Shown: piece after piece, positions 1 to 13,787 of the stretch | Position numbering within the stretch: position 1 is the stretch's first letter | Layout of the letters: each line of letters opens with the position of its first letter | Assembly: GCA_000004695.1 (NCBI GenBank) | Contig: CM000151.3 | Span: 5,184,001-5,248,000 of the forward strand | Direction: 5' to 3' | From: Dictyostelium discoideum | Lineage: Eukaryota | Length of the DNA stretch: 64,000 bases | The notes under the pieces: model-generated | The model's database searches: none | What the model saw: the letters and a program-made list of their open reading frames with translations, nothing else | What the model was told of the DNA's origin: nothing | Translations under genes and position numbers: made by a program

Positions 1-1332
<1,332 letters not shown>

Positions 1333-1357
1333 TTATAAATAAGTGTAATAAAACTTT

Positions 1358-1405
<48 letters not shown>

Positions 1406-2346
1406 AAATTGAAAATTTAAATAAAAAAAAAAAATAAAAATAAAAATAAAATTTAAAATTAATGAAAAATAATTCAAACTCATATGGTTAATTGGCCCAT
1501 TCAGGAAATCATTCTTTTTTTTTCCCAAAATAAAAAAAAAAAAAAAAAAAAATTAAAAAAAAAAAAAAATTAAAACAAAAATTTAAATAAAAATAAAAAA
1601 AAAAAAAAAAAAAAAAAAAAAGCGAAACAGCCGAGTCCCGTTTAGGAAAGTTTTATAAAAAAAAATTATAAGGTTAAATTAAAAGGTTAAAAATAAAATA
1701 ATATTATGGTTGTAAGTTCTAATTGGGTAAAAAAAAAAAAAAAAAAAAGAAACAATCAAGTGGTTATATTTTATACAAAAAAAAAAATTAAGGAGAAAGA
1801 AGAAAAAAGAAATATAATGTTACATTTGATCATGTTATATGACAGCATGTCCAAATTTTTTTTTTTTAAAAAAAAAAAGATTTTTTTTTATTTTTTTTTA
1901 TTTTTTTTTTTTATTTTTTTTTTTTTATTTTTGTTTGAAAGCTTTTAAGTTATATTTATAACCCTATCACAAAAAAAAAAAAAATAAAAAAAATAAAAAT
2001 AAAAAAAAATAAAAAAAAATAAAAAATAAAAAAATGTGATGATTAAGAAAATTCTTCTTTTTTTTTTTTTTTTTTTTTTTATTTATTCTTACCTTTTTAT
2101 TTTTATTTTTTTATTTTTTTATTTTTTTTAAATAAGAATTAAACTAGTCACAAATTTTAAAATTAAAATAAAAATAAAAACAAAATATCTTATATAAAAT
2201 TTTTTTTTCTTGTTTTCATTTTTTATTTTTTTTTTTAGTTCTGTTTTTTTTTTTTCGTTGTAAATTTGATTTACCTTTTTTTTTTTCAATTTTCAAAAAT
2301 AAAAAAAAAATATAAAAAAATAAAAAAAAAAAGATTTTTCATAATA

Positions 2347-3430
2347 ATGAATGATCCAAGACATATAAGTTATTTATATAGTAAAGTAATATTTAATGAT
2401 AATATTCAACAAATTGTAAATTATATAAATCAACAATCAGCGGTTTTAGAGAATCAAAGATTAAACAATATAATAGATGTAAGACAATTGGTATTACTTG
2501 GTCAATGTTACTTTGAATTGAAATCGATTGAAGGTTTTAAAAAGTCAATGGACTTTTACAAAGAAGCAATGGATTATATAGCCTTATCACCATTTTCAAC
2601 AAGACAAGTGGATTATGCATATGTATTAGCATGTCATGCAGTTTCATATCATTCACATGAATATTATATCGATGGAAAAAGAGAAGTTTCAAGATTTACA
2701 AAAAAGTTAAGAGAACCAAAAGATGTTTATGATCAAATTGAAGCTGCTTTATCAATTTTAACAGAAATTCAATATAGTGGTCCACAAATTGGTGTAATTA
2801 TAAATATGTATCGTATGTAGTATTTTAAATAAATTATTATTATTATTATTATTAAAATAAAAATTAATAAATTAATTATTATTATTTCAAATAGTTGAAT
2901 GTGTATTTTCATGTGGTAAAACAGCAATGTCAATGCAATATGAAGAAGCAGAGATTGAATATTTGAAAGCATTGGCAAAACAATCATTGGTTAATTTAAA
3001 AGGAAATGGATTACCAGATCTTAATGTTGATGTAGCGGATGGATATTGTATGTTGGGTTGTGTACATTTACATTATAAAGATAAGAAATTGGCAAGAAGT
3101 TATTTCAATAAGGCCATTGAATTATATTCCCAACTTTATAATCATCAAACTCATCCAAAGATTTCATTTGTATATAGTAGAATTTTAACAACAATATTGG
3201 ATTTAAAGGACCAAAATAGTGGTTTAAAGGCGATTGCAATCAAAAGAGCTTATTATGGTCATTCTCATTTCGAAGTTATTGATCCACTTTATTCAACCTA
3301 TGTTTGCTTATTAAAAAATAATTCTTATAATATTACTGTTGAAAATGACTTGAACGCAACTCAAAAATTAAATGGTTTAAAAACAAATTCTGAACATATT
3401 TGGGGTAATTCTTGTTGTACAATTTTATAA
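2347..3430 (+). CDS. Hypothetical protein with TPR-like helical repeats, 2 exons (2347..2812, 2895..3430).
   Basis: The two track ORFs 2266..2820 and 2927..3430 join through an 82-nt AT-rich intron with a GTATGT donor at 2813 and a ..tttcaaatag acceptor at 2893-2894. The junction is phase-1 consistent (..NMY-L-ECVFSCGKTAMSMQYEEAEIEYLKALAK..). The first ATG is at 2347; the track start at 2266 is TTG inside an A/T-run. Confidence 0.6.
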
Positions 3431-3648
3431 AAAACCAACATTTTATTATTATTATTTTTTTCTTTAAAGAAAAAAAAAAAAAAAAAAAAAAACATTTGCA
3501 TGAGCAACTTTTGGGGGGTTGGTTATTTTTTAAGATATTTTTAAATTTATTTTTAGAAAAACAAAAAAAAAAAAAAAAAAAAAATTAAAATAAAATAAAA
3601 TAAAATATCTTGTCTGTAAATTAATGAATTGACAACGTTTTTTCTTTT

Positions 3649-3681
<33 letters not shown>

Positions 3682-4190
3682 TTTCAGTTAGTTCGAGTTC
3701 GTATTTGAAAACTTTCGTTCCAACAAATCAAATAATTTTATTTTATTTTATTTTATTTTTTTTTTTTTTTTATTTTTTTGGCTTCGAAATAAATATCTGT
3801 TGATGATAGTAATCAAAACGTTTTTTAATTTTTTTTTTTTTTAATTTTATTTTAATTTTAATTTTATTTTTAATTTTTTTTTTTTTTTTGAAATCAAACA
3901 AAATTATTTTTAAATTATAAGGTCGTTGGTTTTTTTTTTTTTTCTTCATACACCCTACAATTAATTTTTTTTTTTTTTTATAAATATTCTGAAAATGTAA
4001 ATATTATTAAATAATTATTAAATATTAAAATATTTTTTTTTAGTAAAAAGAGTATTAATAATTTTAAAAAAAAAATTTTCTATTTTTATTTTTGATTTAT
4101 TTTTATCTTTTTTTCTTTTTTAAAATCCGGAATTTCATTTGAAATTTCAATTTTTTATTTTTTCATTTTTTTTATTTTTTTTGGGAATAG

Positions 4191-4752
4191 GTTAAAATTT
4201 GATGGATATAATAAAAAATTTAAAATAATAGAAGATTTAATAAATAATCAATTTAAAATTAATACATTAAATAAAAATTTTTATTGTCATGGACAAGTTT
4301 CATCACCAATTTCAATATCAATTAGAGATTTTGGATTATTACAAATTCCATGTTGTTCAACTCAATTAAAAGAAATAATTGAAAGATTTAAATATAGGTT
4401 TACATATAAAGGTGTTTTTGAAATTCCATTGGATTTAATTACATTTGATAATGATATTTGGGCTAGTACAAAGAAAATTATGATTCAAAAGGTGAAAGTT
4501 GGTTTAGGAATTCAAGAGAATGAAAAGATAACATTAGAATTATACAGACTTTTAATTTATAATAAAGATTCAAGTGTTGCCACATTTATAAAACCAAAAA
4601 CATATAATTCATTTGGATCACATTCAAGTGGTTCAAATAGTAGTGGTGAAGAATCTTTAGCTGATATTGAAAAATTAAAAGTTAGAAGGAATAGTACTGG
4701 TAGTAGTAGTAGTAGTAGTAGTAGTAATAATAGTAATAGCAGCAAAAATAAA

Positions 4753-4786
<34 letters not shown>

Positions 4787-5170
4787 TTAAAAATTTTATT
4801 GGTACATTAGGTATGGTTTTACCATCAACTCATAGTGGTGGAAATTTAATTATATCACATAGGGATGGTCAAACTGTTGAAATATCATTACAAGTTGAAC
4901 CAGAGCCAACAGCTCATATTATAAAATATGCTGCATTTAACTCTGATTGTAGTTATGAAATTCAAACTGTAACCTCTGGTTATAGAGTTACACTATTATA
5001 TAAAATTATGAAAACTGGTAAAAGGACTTCTCATTCACCTTCAACTTATTCTTCTTTATCACCAACTTTATCAAACACATCATCAAATTCTCCTTCTTCT
5101 TCTCCCTCACTATTATCTCCAACTCTTTTTCCAAATTCAACTACAACAACAACTACAACTAATAATAATA

Positions 5171-5207
<37 letters not shown>

Positions 5208-5886
5208 TATAAAAAATGAAATTCCACCAATAATTGATATTGCAAATAATATTCAAGAAATTTATAAAGAAATTAAAAATTTATTACAATTTGATTCTGA
5301 TAAATTTATATATGTTTTAGAGAATCAATATGAAACAGTATCCCAAATTACTGGTGGTAATGATCAAATTATATTGGAAAAATTAAAATCAGCAGTACAA
5401 TTAAATGATAATAATGATAATAATAATAATAATAATAATGATAATAATAATAATAATGATAATAATAATGAAGCTGGTGATAATGACCACCAAAAATTAT
5501 CATTATTTTTATCAACTTTATATATTGAAGAAACAGTTTTAAAAAAAGAAAATCAAGTAATTTATAAAAATATATTTTTAGATAATTTAATAAATTGTTG
5601 TGAAGGTGATGATAATGAAGAGGATTTAAAATCAGAAACTACAACAACAACAACTACAACAATGGAAAAATTAAAAGAATCTAAAGAAATTGTAGATATC
5701 AACAAAGATAGTCAAACTGAAATTAATAATAATAATAATAATACTACCACTATTTCAGTAAATTTAGAAAACGAAATCTTACCAAATGGTTCATTAAATC
5801 ATTTGACACCCTATAAAATTAAAAATTATAATATAAAATTTTATAAAACTTCAGTTTTAGTTGTTTTATTAAATAAAAAAAAATAA
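4191..5886 (+). CDS. Hypothetical protein with poly-Ser, poly-Asn and poly-Thr tracts. The 3' exon is shown; the initiator exon is not resolved.
   Basis: The reading frame is open and coding-like from 4191 (..FDGYNKKFKIIEDLINNQFKINTLNKNFYCHGQVSSPISISIRDFGLLQIPCCSTQLKEIIERFKYRFTYKGVFEIPLDLITFDNDIW..) with no in-frame ATG before 4480. It is preceded by ttttttttgggaatag (AG 4189-4190), so an upstream mini-exon is inferred. The track ORF starts at TTG 4429. The stop is at 5884-5886. Weak jelly-roll/2OG-oxygenase-like motifs (LELYRLLIYNKDS..FGSHS ... GYRVTLLY) are only suggestive. Confidence 0.5.
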
Positions 5887-6003
5887 AATAAATTAATTTT
5901 TATTTATATAAATATAAACTTTTTATTTTTTTTTATTTGTTTTAAAAAATAATATTCATTTATTTTTATTTATATATTATTATTGTTATTATTATTATTA
6001 TTA

Positions 6004-7121
6004 TTAATCTTTTTTTGAAATAATTAGACAATAGTTTGGAATTTCATTAACAACTTTGTCAATTTTGAAACCAGCTTTATCACTAATATTGGAGAATTGT
6101 TTAATTGTTTTTTCTTCTGAACCAAAAAAATGAAACATCATAACATCAAGATACAAATGACCTTTATTATAATTTTTTGGATTAATAATACAATCAAAAA
6201 TTATAACTTTTCCACCTGGTAATATTGATTTACCAATTGTTTCTAAAATTTTTATACAATCTTCATCTTTCCAATCATGAAGAATACTATTTTAAAAAAA
6301 AAAAAAAAAAAAGGTGAGGATTTTATTTTTATTTTTATTTTTTTTTTTTAATTTTATTTTATATATATAAAAATAATAAGAAATTACCGTTTTAAAATAT
6401 AACAATCACCTTCTGGTACAGATTCAAAGAAATTACCACTTTTATGTTCTAATCTAGGATTTTTAATTAATTCACCAGCACCATTGAAAAATGATTCTAA
6501 ATCGAAATTTATACCATGAGAATTTGGATATTTTTCTAAAATTTCACAAACAAAACGACCATGACTACCACCAATATCAACGATTTTTTTGAATGGACTG
6601 AAATCAATAAATTTTAAAGCACTCTCTATTGCTTCACTTGATGAAACTTTCATTGCATTTTTAAAGAATTCTTCTTCACCTGGTTTTTTAATAAGATCCC
6701 ACCAACTATTAACACCTAATGATTTATGACATTGTGGTTCACCAGTTTCAATTGATAAATCAAGTGATTTCATCATATTGTATGCTAGATCATTATTACA
6801 CCATTCAACGAATGTTGCATATTTATCACTTGTAAATAGTGATGATTTTGGTGTCTTTTTAAAAGTTCCTAAATTATTTAAATCCTCTTCAAATAATCCA
6901 ATACTTGTAGTAAAGTATCTTAAAAGTTTATAAATACCAATTGGTGATGTTTGAGTTTTTTCTGCAACTTGTTGATAAGTTTTTGGTAAACCATCTTCAA
7001 ATACTTCTGGAACTTTATGTTTTACAAGAATATACAATAACCTACTCTCAATTAAACCTGTAACACTATTTAAAATATAATCAAATGAATTTTTGATTTC
7101 TATATTTTCTTCCCTTTCCAT
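6004..7121 (-). CDS. S-adenosylmethionine-dependent O-methyltransferase (class II / COMT-like plant-type OMT family), 2 exons (6388..7121, 6004..6286).
   Basis: The 246-codon ORF 6384..7121 carries the SAM-binding motif VDIGGSHGRFVCEILEKYPNSHGINFDLESF. Its terminal ..ILKR is immediately followed by GTAATT (donor 6387-6386 on the minus strand). After a 101-nt intron (acceptor aaaatag, AG at 6288-6287) the frame continues R-ILHDWKDEDCIKILETIGKSILPGGKVIIFDCIINPKNYNKGHLYLDVMMFHFFGSEEKTIKQFSNISDKAGFKIDKVVNEIPNYCLIISKKD*, a typical OMT C-terminus. Confidence 0.85.
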
Positions 7122-7323
7122 TTAAAATTTTAAATATTATTATTTATATATATTTATATGAAAAAAAAAATAAAATAAAATAAAATAAAATAAAACAAAA
7201 GAAAAAAAGAAAAAATAAATAACAAAAAAAAAAAAAATATAAAAAGGAAAAAATAAAAAAAAAATAAAATTATATAAAAACAAAAAATTAATTTCAAAAT
7301 ATAATCAAAAACAAAAAATTAAC

Positions 7324-7330
7324 GGGGGTG
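7324..7330. promoter_or_regulatory. G-box GGGGGTG about 200 bp upstream of the O-methyltransferase ATG (7121, minus strand).
   Basis: Isolated G-run in AT-rich promoter DNA; same heptamer as at 26977, 55125, 55202 and 60741. Confidence 0.3.
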
Positions 7331-7405
7331 TTGAACATTAACACAATAATTTATATAAATGATTTATAAGTTAAATAAAATTAGTTTAAAATCATTTCCA
7401 GATTT

Positions 7406-7438
<33 letters not shown>

Positions 7439-7602
7439 ATAAAAAAAAAAATAAAATAAAAAAAAAAAAAATTTAATAGAATCATCATAAAATCTATTCA
7501 TATAATTCACAGTTCAAAATTCCATAGAATTTATTGTTTGTTCTATTTCTTTTAATTTTTTTAGAAAGATTTTTTAATTTTTGATTTTTTTTTTTCAGAA
7601 AT

Positions 7603-7636
<34 letters not shown>

Positions 7637-8597
7637 TATTATAATTTAAAAAAATAATATAGAAAAAAAAAAAAAAAAAAAACTGTTTTTTTTTTTATGT
7701 GACATGATTTTGATAAAAGAAAAATTAAAAAAAGAAATTGGAAAAATTCTAACAAACGGCTAATATTTATTTGAAATTAAAATATCAATTACAATGGCAC
7801 CTTATTTTTGGAATATCTTATTATAAAAAAAAAAATAAAAAAATAAAAAAAATAAAAAAATAAAAAAATAAAAAATAATTTAGGTGAGTATTGCTCGTGT
7901 TTTATCAGAATCTTGTAATAGAAAAATAAAATTAAATTAAATAAATAAATATATAAATAAAAATAAAGTAATAAGTTGATGACAATATCTAAAATTTATT
8001 ATGAATGTTTTTTATTATTGAAAATTTTTACTTTATATTTGAGATTTAAAATTATGTTTGTATCGACATTAAAAACTCACCACATGGCTTTTTTCCACCT
8101 AGGTGAAAAAAGTCTAATTATATAAACATAAATTATTTTAGTTTGTGAGCGAGATTGTATCTAATTTAATATCTTGATAAAACATAATTTTATTGTAACA
8201 ATTTAATTATTAAAAATAAAAGTGGCGACATATTAATTGATTTTAATGATGAAATTTTTAAATCTAACCAATCTTAAATGAAAATAAAAAAAAAATGACC
8301 ATCTTGGATTTTTTTTTTTTTTATAATATGACATTTGTATTTTAATAAAAAAAAATAAAAAAAAAACTTTTTTATTTTCTAGTAATAAACAAATAATTTT
8401 TTAAAATAATACATTGATTCTTAGGGGGGTCAAAAAACTATATTAAATTTAACTTTTTTTTTTTTTTTTTTTTTTTTTAATTTTTTTAATTTTTTTATTA
8501 TTACTTTTATTTATGTTTTTTTTATATATATATATGTATATTTATATATATTTTTTTTTTTTTTTTTTTTTATTATTTTTTTTTTAAAAAATTATTT

Positions 8598-9264
8598 TTA
8601 TAAACCTAAAAATCTACGTTTAATAGGTTTTAATTGTATTACAGTTACATTGATAATGATTGAATCATTTATGATGAAACCCATTTCAGGATCAAAGAGT
8701 GAGAAAATACCAATAAACTTTGGATAACCAAAGGATAAATTTTTACTATTGAAAAGATATTGAACCCAATTCTTTATGGATTTATCAGGATAAGTTTGAC
8801 TAACCAATTCCAAAGAGAATAAAACATTCTCTTCATTTTGATCTCTATACTCTAAATAAACAGACATTTGATTACTAATTGGTTGACCACATGGATGCAC
8901 TTTGATAGCCCATTGTTTTTCACAACAACGAAATACAGGAGAAACAAAAGCATCCAATTTCTTTGAAATATTTGGTACACGATAAGAATGAGTTTGTGTT
9001 GAACCAAGATTAAATTTATTAATATTATCAATCAATGGTGATGTTGATGCCATATCAATCTTTATCTTTAATGTATTATTAACTAAAAATCCATTCTCTT
9101 GATTTAAAATTGTAAATAATCTAACAAATGTTACATATCCATGATTTAATTCTTTCATATTAAAATTATGTGCTGAAACTAAAAATAATTAAAAAAAAAT
9201 AATAATTAAAAAATAATAATAATAAATTAATATAAAATGATATCATTTGATTGAAAGAATATAG

Positions 9265-9332
<68 letters not shown>

Positions 9333-9716
9333 ATATTACATTTTTCAATATTTTCAGTTTGTCTTTTTTGATTTACAAGAGTAATACGATAGGAAACGGA
9401 TTTCTCCAAGAAAGGGTTATCCAACATATCACAATTGCTAACGAAAATTGAAAGTTTACCAGTGGAATCTTTTCCATCTGGATAGATTTTTAAACGCCAA
9501 TTTGCACCAACCAATGGAAAGATTGATGTATAAAATTGATCTCTTTTATGTGTAAAATTATTAATTGTAACTAACCATGATCCATTATTTAATGTATTGG
9601 TTAATTCATATTGACTATTATCTAAATCAACTATATCTACAGTATCATCTTTAAGTATTGCTCTATTAGATGATGTAGTTATTGTTGTCGTGGTTGATGT
9701 TGTTGTTGTTGTTGGA

Positions 9717-9763
<47 letters not shown>

Positions 9764-9815
9764 GGTATTATTTGATGTTGTATTATTTATTGATGGCAAT
9801 GATGCCACATTCTCT

Positions 9816-9850
<35 letters not shown>

Positions 9851-9879
9851 ATCATTTGATTGTTGATTTGGTAAATCTA

Positions 9880-9916
<37 letters not shown>

Positions 9917-9939
9917 ATTACTATTATTATTACTACTAT

Positions 9940-9972
<33 letters not shown>

Positions 9973-10509
9973 TATTACTACTATTATTATTGTTATTATT
10001 ATTATTACTATTATTATTATTGTTATTACTATTGTTATTATTATTATTATTTTCATTTACATTTTCTTCATTTTCAATTTCATTTTCATCAATTTCATTC
10101 TCATTATCAATATCATTATTATTTGCATTCGGTTGTGCACCAGTGGGATTTAAAACTGATGGCATTGGTTTTTCTATTATATCTTCTTCTATTATATCTT
10201 CTGGTATATTAACTCTTTGTAATTGTTGTAATCTAATTTCATTTCCTTCTATATCATCAATATCGATATCAATATCTATATCAATATCGACATCTCTTAA
10301 ATTTCTATAAGGGTTTATATTATTTCTACCATTCGGGTTTCTCCTATTATTATTATTACCATTATTATTATTATTGTTATTATTATTATTATTATTTTTA
10401 CCATGATCTAAATCCATTTGATCTAAATCAATTTCAACATCTTGTTCTGTCGCCATCGAAGACTCTGATGCTGTATTATTGTTATTACTCCTTCTTACTG
10501 CTGGGCTTC

Positions 10510-10575
<66 letters not shown>

Positions 10576-11773
10576 TACTATTATTATTATTTTGATTTTG
10601 ATTTTGATTTTGAATTTGATTTTGGTTTTGGTTTTGAGTTTGATTTTGAGTTTGATTTTGATTTTGAGTTTGAGTTTGATTTTGATTTTGATTTTGAGTT
10701 TGATTTTGATTTTGATTTTGATTTTGATTTTGATTTTGATTTTGAATTGATTGATCAACGACAGTACATGTTGAACTTTGACTTGAAGTAGTATTAAAAG
10801 TACTTGCTTCATTTATACTACCATTACTATTATTACTTGTGTTACTTGTATTACTTGTAACACTTTGAGAATCATCATTATCAGTGATGACCAAATGAAT
10901 TTCTTTTCTTCTAGCGACACCACTACCGCCAGAAGAATTTATTCTTCGGTTATTATTATTTGTAAAAAGTGAACTACTTAAAAGGGTATTTAATACATGT
11001 TGATTATTATATGTAGTGGTGGTGGTTCCATTGTGATTTTGATTTTGATTTTGATTTTGATTTTGATTTTGATTTTGATTTTGATTTTGATTTTGATTTT
11101 GATTTTGATTTTGATTTTGATTTTGATTTTGATTTTGATTTGTCGATGGTGAAGATTGATTAAAACCAAAATCAGAATTTGTATCGAAATCAGAATTATC
11201 ATCTTCAGTAATTTCAGACATACTTTCAGCACCACCATCATTTGTACTACTATTATTACTTATACTACTACTACTATTTCTAATGCTACCACTACTGCCA
11301 CCCAACCCACCACTCTCAGAGGAGGTTAATGATTGACGTTTCAACTCTTTTAGATTTCTCTCAATCTTTTGATCCATTGATTTCTTTGCTTGGTCAAAGA
11401 TACTTAAATATTCGGGTGATATGTCTAAAATACTTTGCAATGAGTCGTATATCGATGATAAACCATTCTCATCGTTTTCATCGTCTTGAATGTCTGCTTC
11501 GTTCGTTATTGATGTTAGTGAGCTCACCTTTTGAAGGATCCTATTCTTTGCAATGGTGACTTCTTTTTCACATTCATTTAAAAGTTTCTCTTTGACTTCC
11601 ACTACATTACTAGTGTTACTACTACCAAGTTTCTTTTCAATATATTTCAAATTCTCTTTTAAAATATTATCCAATAATAAAATTTGTTTCTTTAATTTAT
11701 CCCTAACCTTTGTTGCTTCTTCCTTTTTCTTTTCTAATCTATCTTTTAATTTTCTTAAATTTTTATCTGACAT
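8598..11773 (-). CDS. MATH/TRAF-domain protein with an N-terminal coiled coil, long poly-Asn and (Asn-Gln)n tracts and two C-terminal MATH domains. It has 2 exons (9340..11773 and 8598..9178, or 8598..9172 with the alternative acceptor).
   Basis: The first MATH domain reads ..GSWLVTINNFTHKRDQFYTSIFPLVGANWRLKIYPDGKDSTGKLSIFVSNCDMLDNPFLEKSVSYRITLVNQKRQTENIEK and is completed after the intron by (F)SAHNFNMKELNHGYVTFVRLFTILNQENGFLVNNTLKIKIDM. A second MATH domain follows (..HSYRVPNISKKLDAFVSPVFRCCEKQWAIKVHPCGQPISNQMSVYLEYRD..GFIINDSIIINVTVI). The donor is aaat|GTAATA at 9339; the acceptors are ttttag (9179) or tttcag (9173), both phase-compatible. Confidence 0.75.
9266..9329. repeat. (GT)n dinucleotide microsatellite of about 31 units, lying inside the intron of the MATH-domain gene.
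   Basis: Perfect gtgtgt.. run. Naive minus-strand translation reads THTHTH.., which is why the track ORF 9227..11773 appears to end in a His-Thr repeat. Confidence 0.9.
10577..11150. repeat. Coding hexanucleotide microsatellites (TTGATT/TTGAGT)n and (ATTTTG)n, encoding (NQ)n/(TQ)n runs on the minus strand, plus adjacent (AAT/ATT)n poly-Asn tracts.
   Basis: Direct reading: gattttgattttgagtttga.. at 10577-10745 and gattttgattttg.. at 11033-11140, in frame within the MATH-protein CDS. Confidence 0.8.
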
Positions 11774-12449
11774 TTCTTTTTTTTTTTTTCTCTCTCCTTC
11801 CTCTGTCTGTTTTTACTGAAATTAAAAAAAAAAAATAAAATTAAAAAATTAAAAAAAAAAAATAAAAAAATTAAAATTAAAATCAAATTTGTCGAACGTG
11901 AAGTCAATTTGTGATTGGAAGAAAAGAAAAAAAAAAAAAAAAAAAATTAAAATTAAAATTAAATCAAAATTTAATTTATATATATTTTATTTTTATTTTA
12001 TTTTATTTTTTTGTTTTTTTTATTTGTATGTATTACCTTAATATAAAATAAATAAAATTTTTGTGATTTTATCCTTTTCTGTTATTTAATAACAGAAAAG
12101 AAATTTCTATTTTTTTTTTTTTTAATTGTATAATTTTTTTTTTTTTTTTTTTTTTTTTTTATTATTTTTTATTTATTTTTTTTTATTTTTATTTTTTATT
12201 TTTTATTTTATTTTATCTTATTTTTCAATTATTTATTTATTTTATTTTATTTATTTTTTTATGGAAGGGTTTAAATAAATTAATTATTTAAATATGTGGG
12301 TATATTTATATCTTTATGAGAGTGTATTGGTGGGTGTCTTGGAGACTTGGGAATAATCAACTGCGTTAAAAAAAAAAAAAATTTTCAAAATTTTTTTTTA
12401 TTTTTTTTTTATTTTTTTTTTTTTATATTTTTTTGGTTTTAAGGTAGCC

Positions 12450-12480
<31 letters not shown>

Positions 12481-12716
12481 AAAAAATAGATTTTTTTTCA
12501 ATCAATAACTTTGGCTAAAAAAAAAAAAGTCCAATTATATTCATAACCAGCCAAAATGTTTCGCTCGACTCAATGAAGAATATTTTTTTTTTTTTTTGTT
12601 TTTCTTATTTTTTTTTTTCTTTTTATTAACCAATTTTCGTTGATTATTTTTGACAAGCGAGATTTATGCTATTTTTCATTTGTTTTATGCATTCCATTTT
12701 TTTTTATAATTATTAA

Positions 12717-12747
<31 letters not shown>

Positions 12748-13069
12748 TTAAAATAGAAAATAAAAATAAAAAAAAAAAAAGAATATTTGACCAAAATTTC
12801 CTCGACAGAATTAAAAAAAAAAAAAATTACATTATTTTCAGATAATACCGAGATTTTTGTCACTTTTGCCAGTAAAAAAACATGTTTTTTTTATTTTCTT
12901 AATTTTTATTTTTTTAATTTTTTTTTTTTAACCATTTTCAGAATTAATTAATAGTAATTTTGACTGTTTTTGGGTGGTTTGATTATTTTTTTATTTTTTT
13001 TAATATTGATTAATCTGTGTTTATCCATTAAATGAAACAAACAATAATTAATGGTTTTATTTGTATAAA

Positions 13070-13142
<73 letters not shown>

Positions 13143-13400
13143 TAGATAATAATAATAATAAATATAAAAAAAATAATATTTTCATAAATATAAAAAAAAA
13201 AAAAAAAAAAAAAAATATCAATACAACCTACAAAATTAATGACCAAGTGATTGATAATTATAAGTTTAAAAATTTAATCATAAGTTCTTCTTTAAACTCT
13301 TTAATAGTAATACGGCTATTAAATATTTAACAACAGTTATAATAACTAATAATTTAACAAAAAAAATTATAGTATCCCATATTATGTTTGACGAATTTAG

Positions 13401-13431
<31 letters not shown>

Positions 13432-13675
13432 CAAAAACAAAAACAAAAACAAAAAAAAAAAAAGATATTTGTCTGCACATATTTTATAATAAAAAATATA
13501 ACAGAGTTAAATTCTTTATTTGATAATTTGTATAAAAAAGGATAACTACTTTACATAGTTTTAAAACTATTAATTATTGTTTATTTCCTGTATAATTAAT
13601 AATAATAATAATAATATAATTTGATTTAGGCAAAACTGTATAAATAACTATTAGTACCAATGATTATTCACAATA

Positions 13676-13686
13676 GGAATCGAACA
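13676..13686 (-). promoter_or_regulatory. External B box (ex-B) downstream of tRNA-Asp.
   Basis: About 30 nt 3' of the tRNA end the tRNA-sense strand reads GTTCGATTCC, a second B-box consensus copy. This is the Dictyostelium-specific extra B box described for most D. discoideum tRNA genes. Confidence 0.5.
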
Positions 13687-13715
13687 TGCGATCTCTTTTT
13701 AGTTCTCAGAAAAAG

Positions 13716-13787
13716 CTCCCTGTCCGGGAATTGAACCCGGGCCTTTCGCGTGACAGGCGAAAATCCTCACCACTAGACCAACAAGGA
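13716..13787 (-). tRNA. tRNA-Asp(GUC): tRNA-Asp (anticodon GUC), 72 nt, no intron.
   Basis: The minus-strand sequence TCCTTGTTGGTCTAGTGGTGAGGATTTTCGCCTGTCACGCGAAAGGCCCGGGTTCAATTCCCGGACAGGGAG folds as a canonical cloverleaf. The 7-bp acceptor stem is TCCTTGT/ACAGGGA with one G-U pair, the D-loop is GTCTAGTGGT, the anticodon stem is TTCGC/GCGAA with loop CTGTCAC, and the T-arm is GGGTTCAATTCCC. It is near-identical to eukaryotic tRNA-Asp-GTC. Confidence 0.9.

Noticed and set aside
2266-2346. Upstream extension of the TPR-like gene to the track start at 2266 (MIYLFFFQFSKIKKKYKKIKKKRFFII).
   Set aside because: The track start is a TTG inside an A/T homopolymer run. The sequence is promoter-like and the first real ATG is at 2347.
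9227-9348. THTHTHTH.. C-terminal extension of the 848-aa ORF, the CVCVCV plus-strand ORF 9251..9451 and ORF 9166..9348.
   Set aside because: All are translations of the intronic (GT)31 microsatellite. The real exon ends at 9340 with a GTAATA donor, and the MATH domain continues in the downstream exon.
9939-11241. Poly-Leu, poly-Tyr, (FD)n and (IK)n ORFs (9939..10310, 10468..10791, 10495..10812, 10990..11241).
   Set aside because: Alternative-frame or antisense readings of the (AAT)n and (CAAAAT)n coding microsatellites of the MATH-protein gene.
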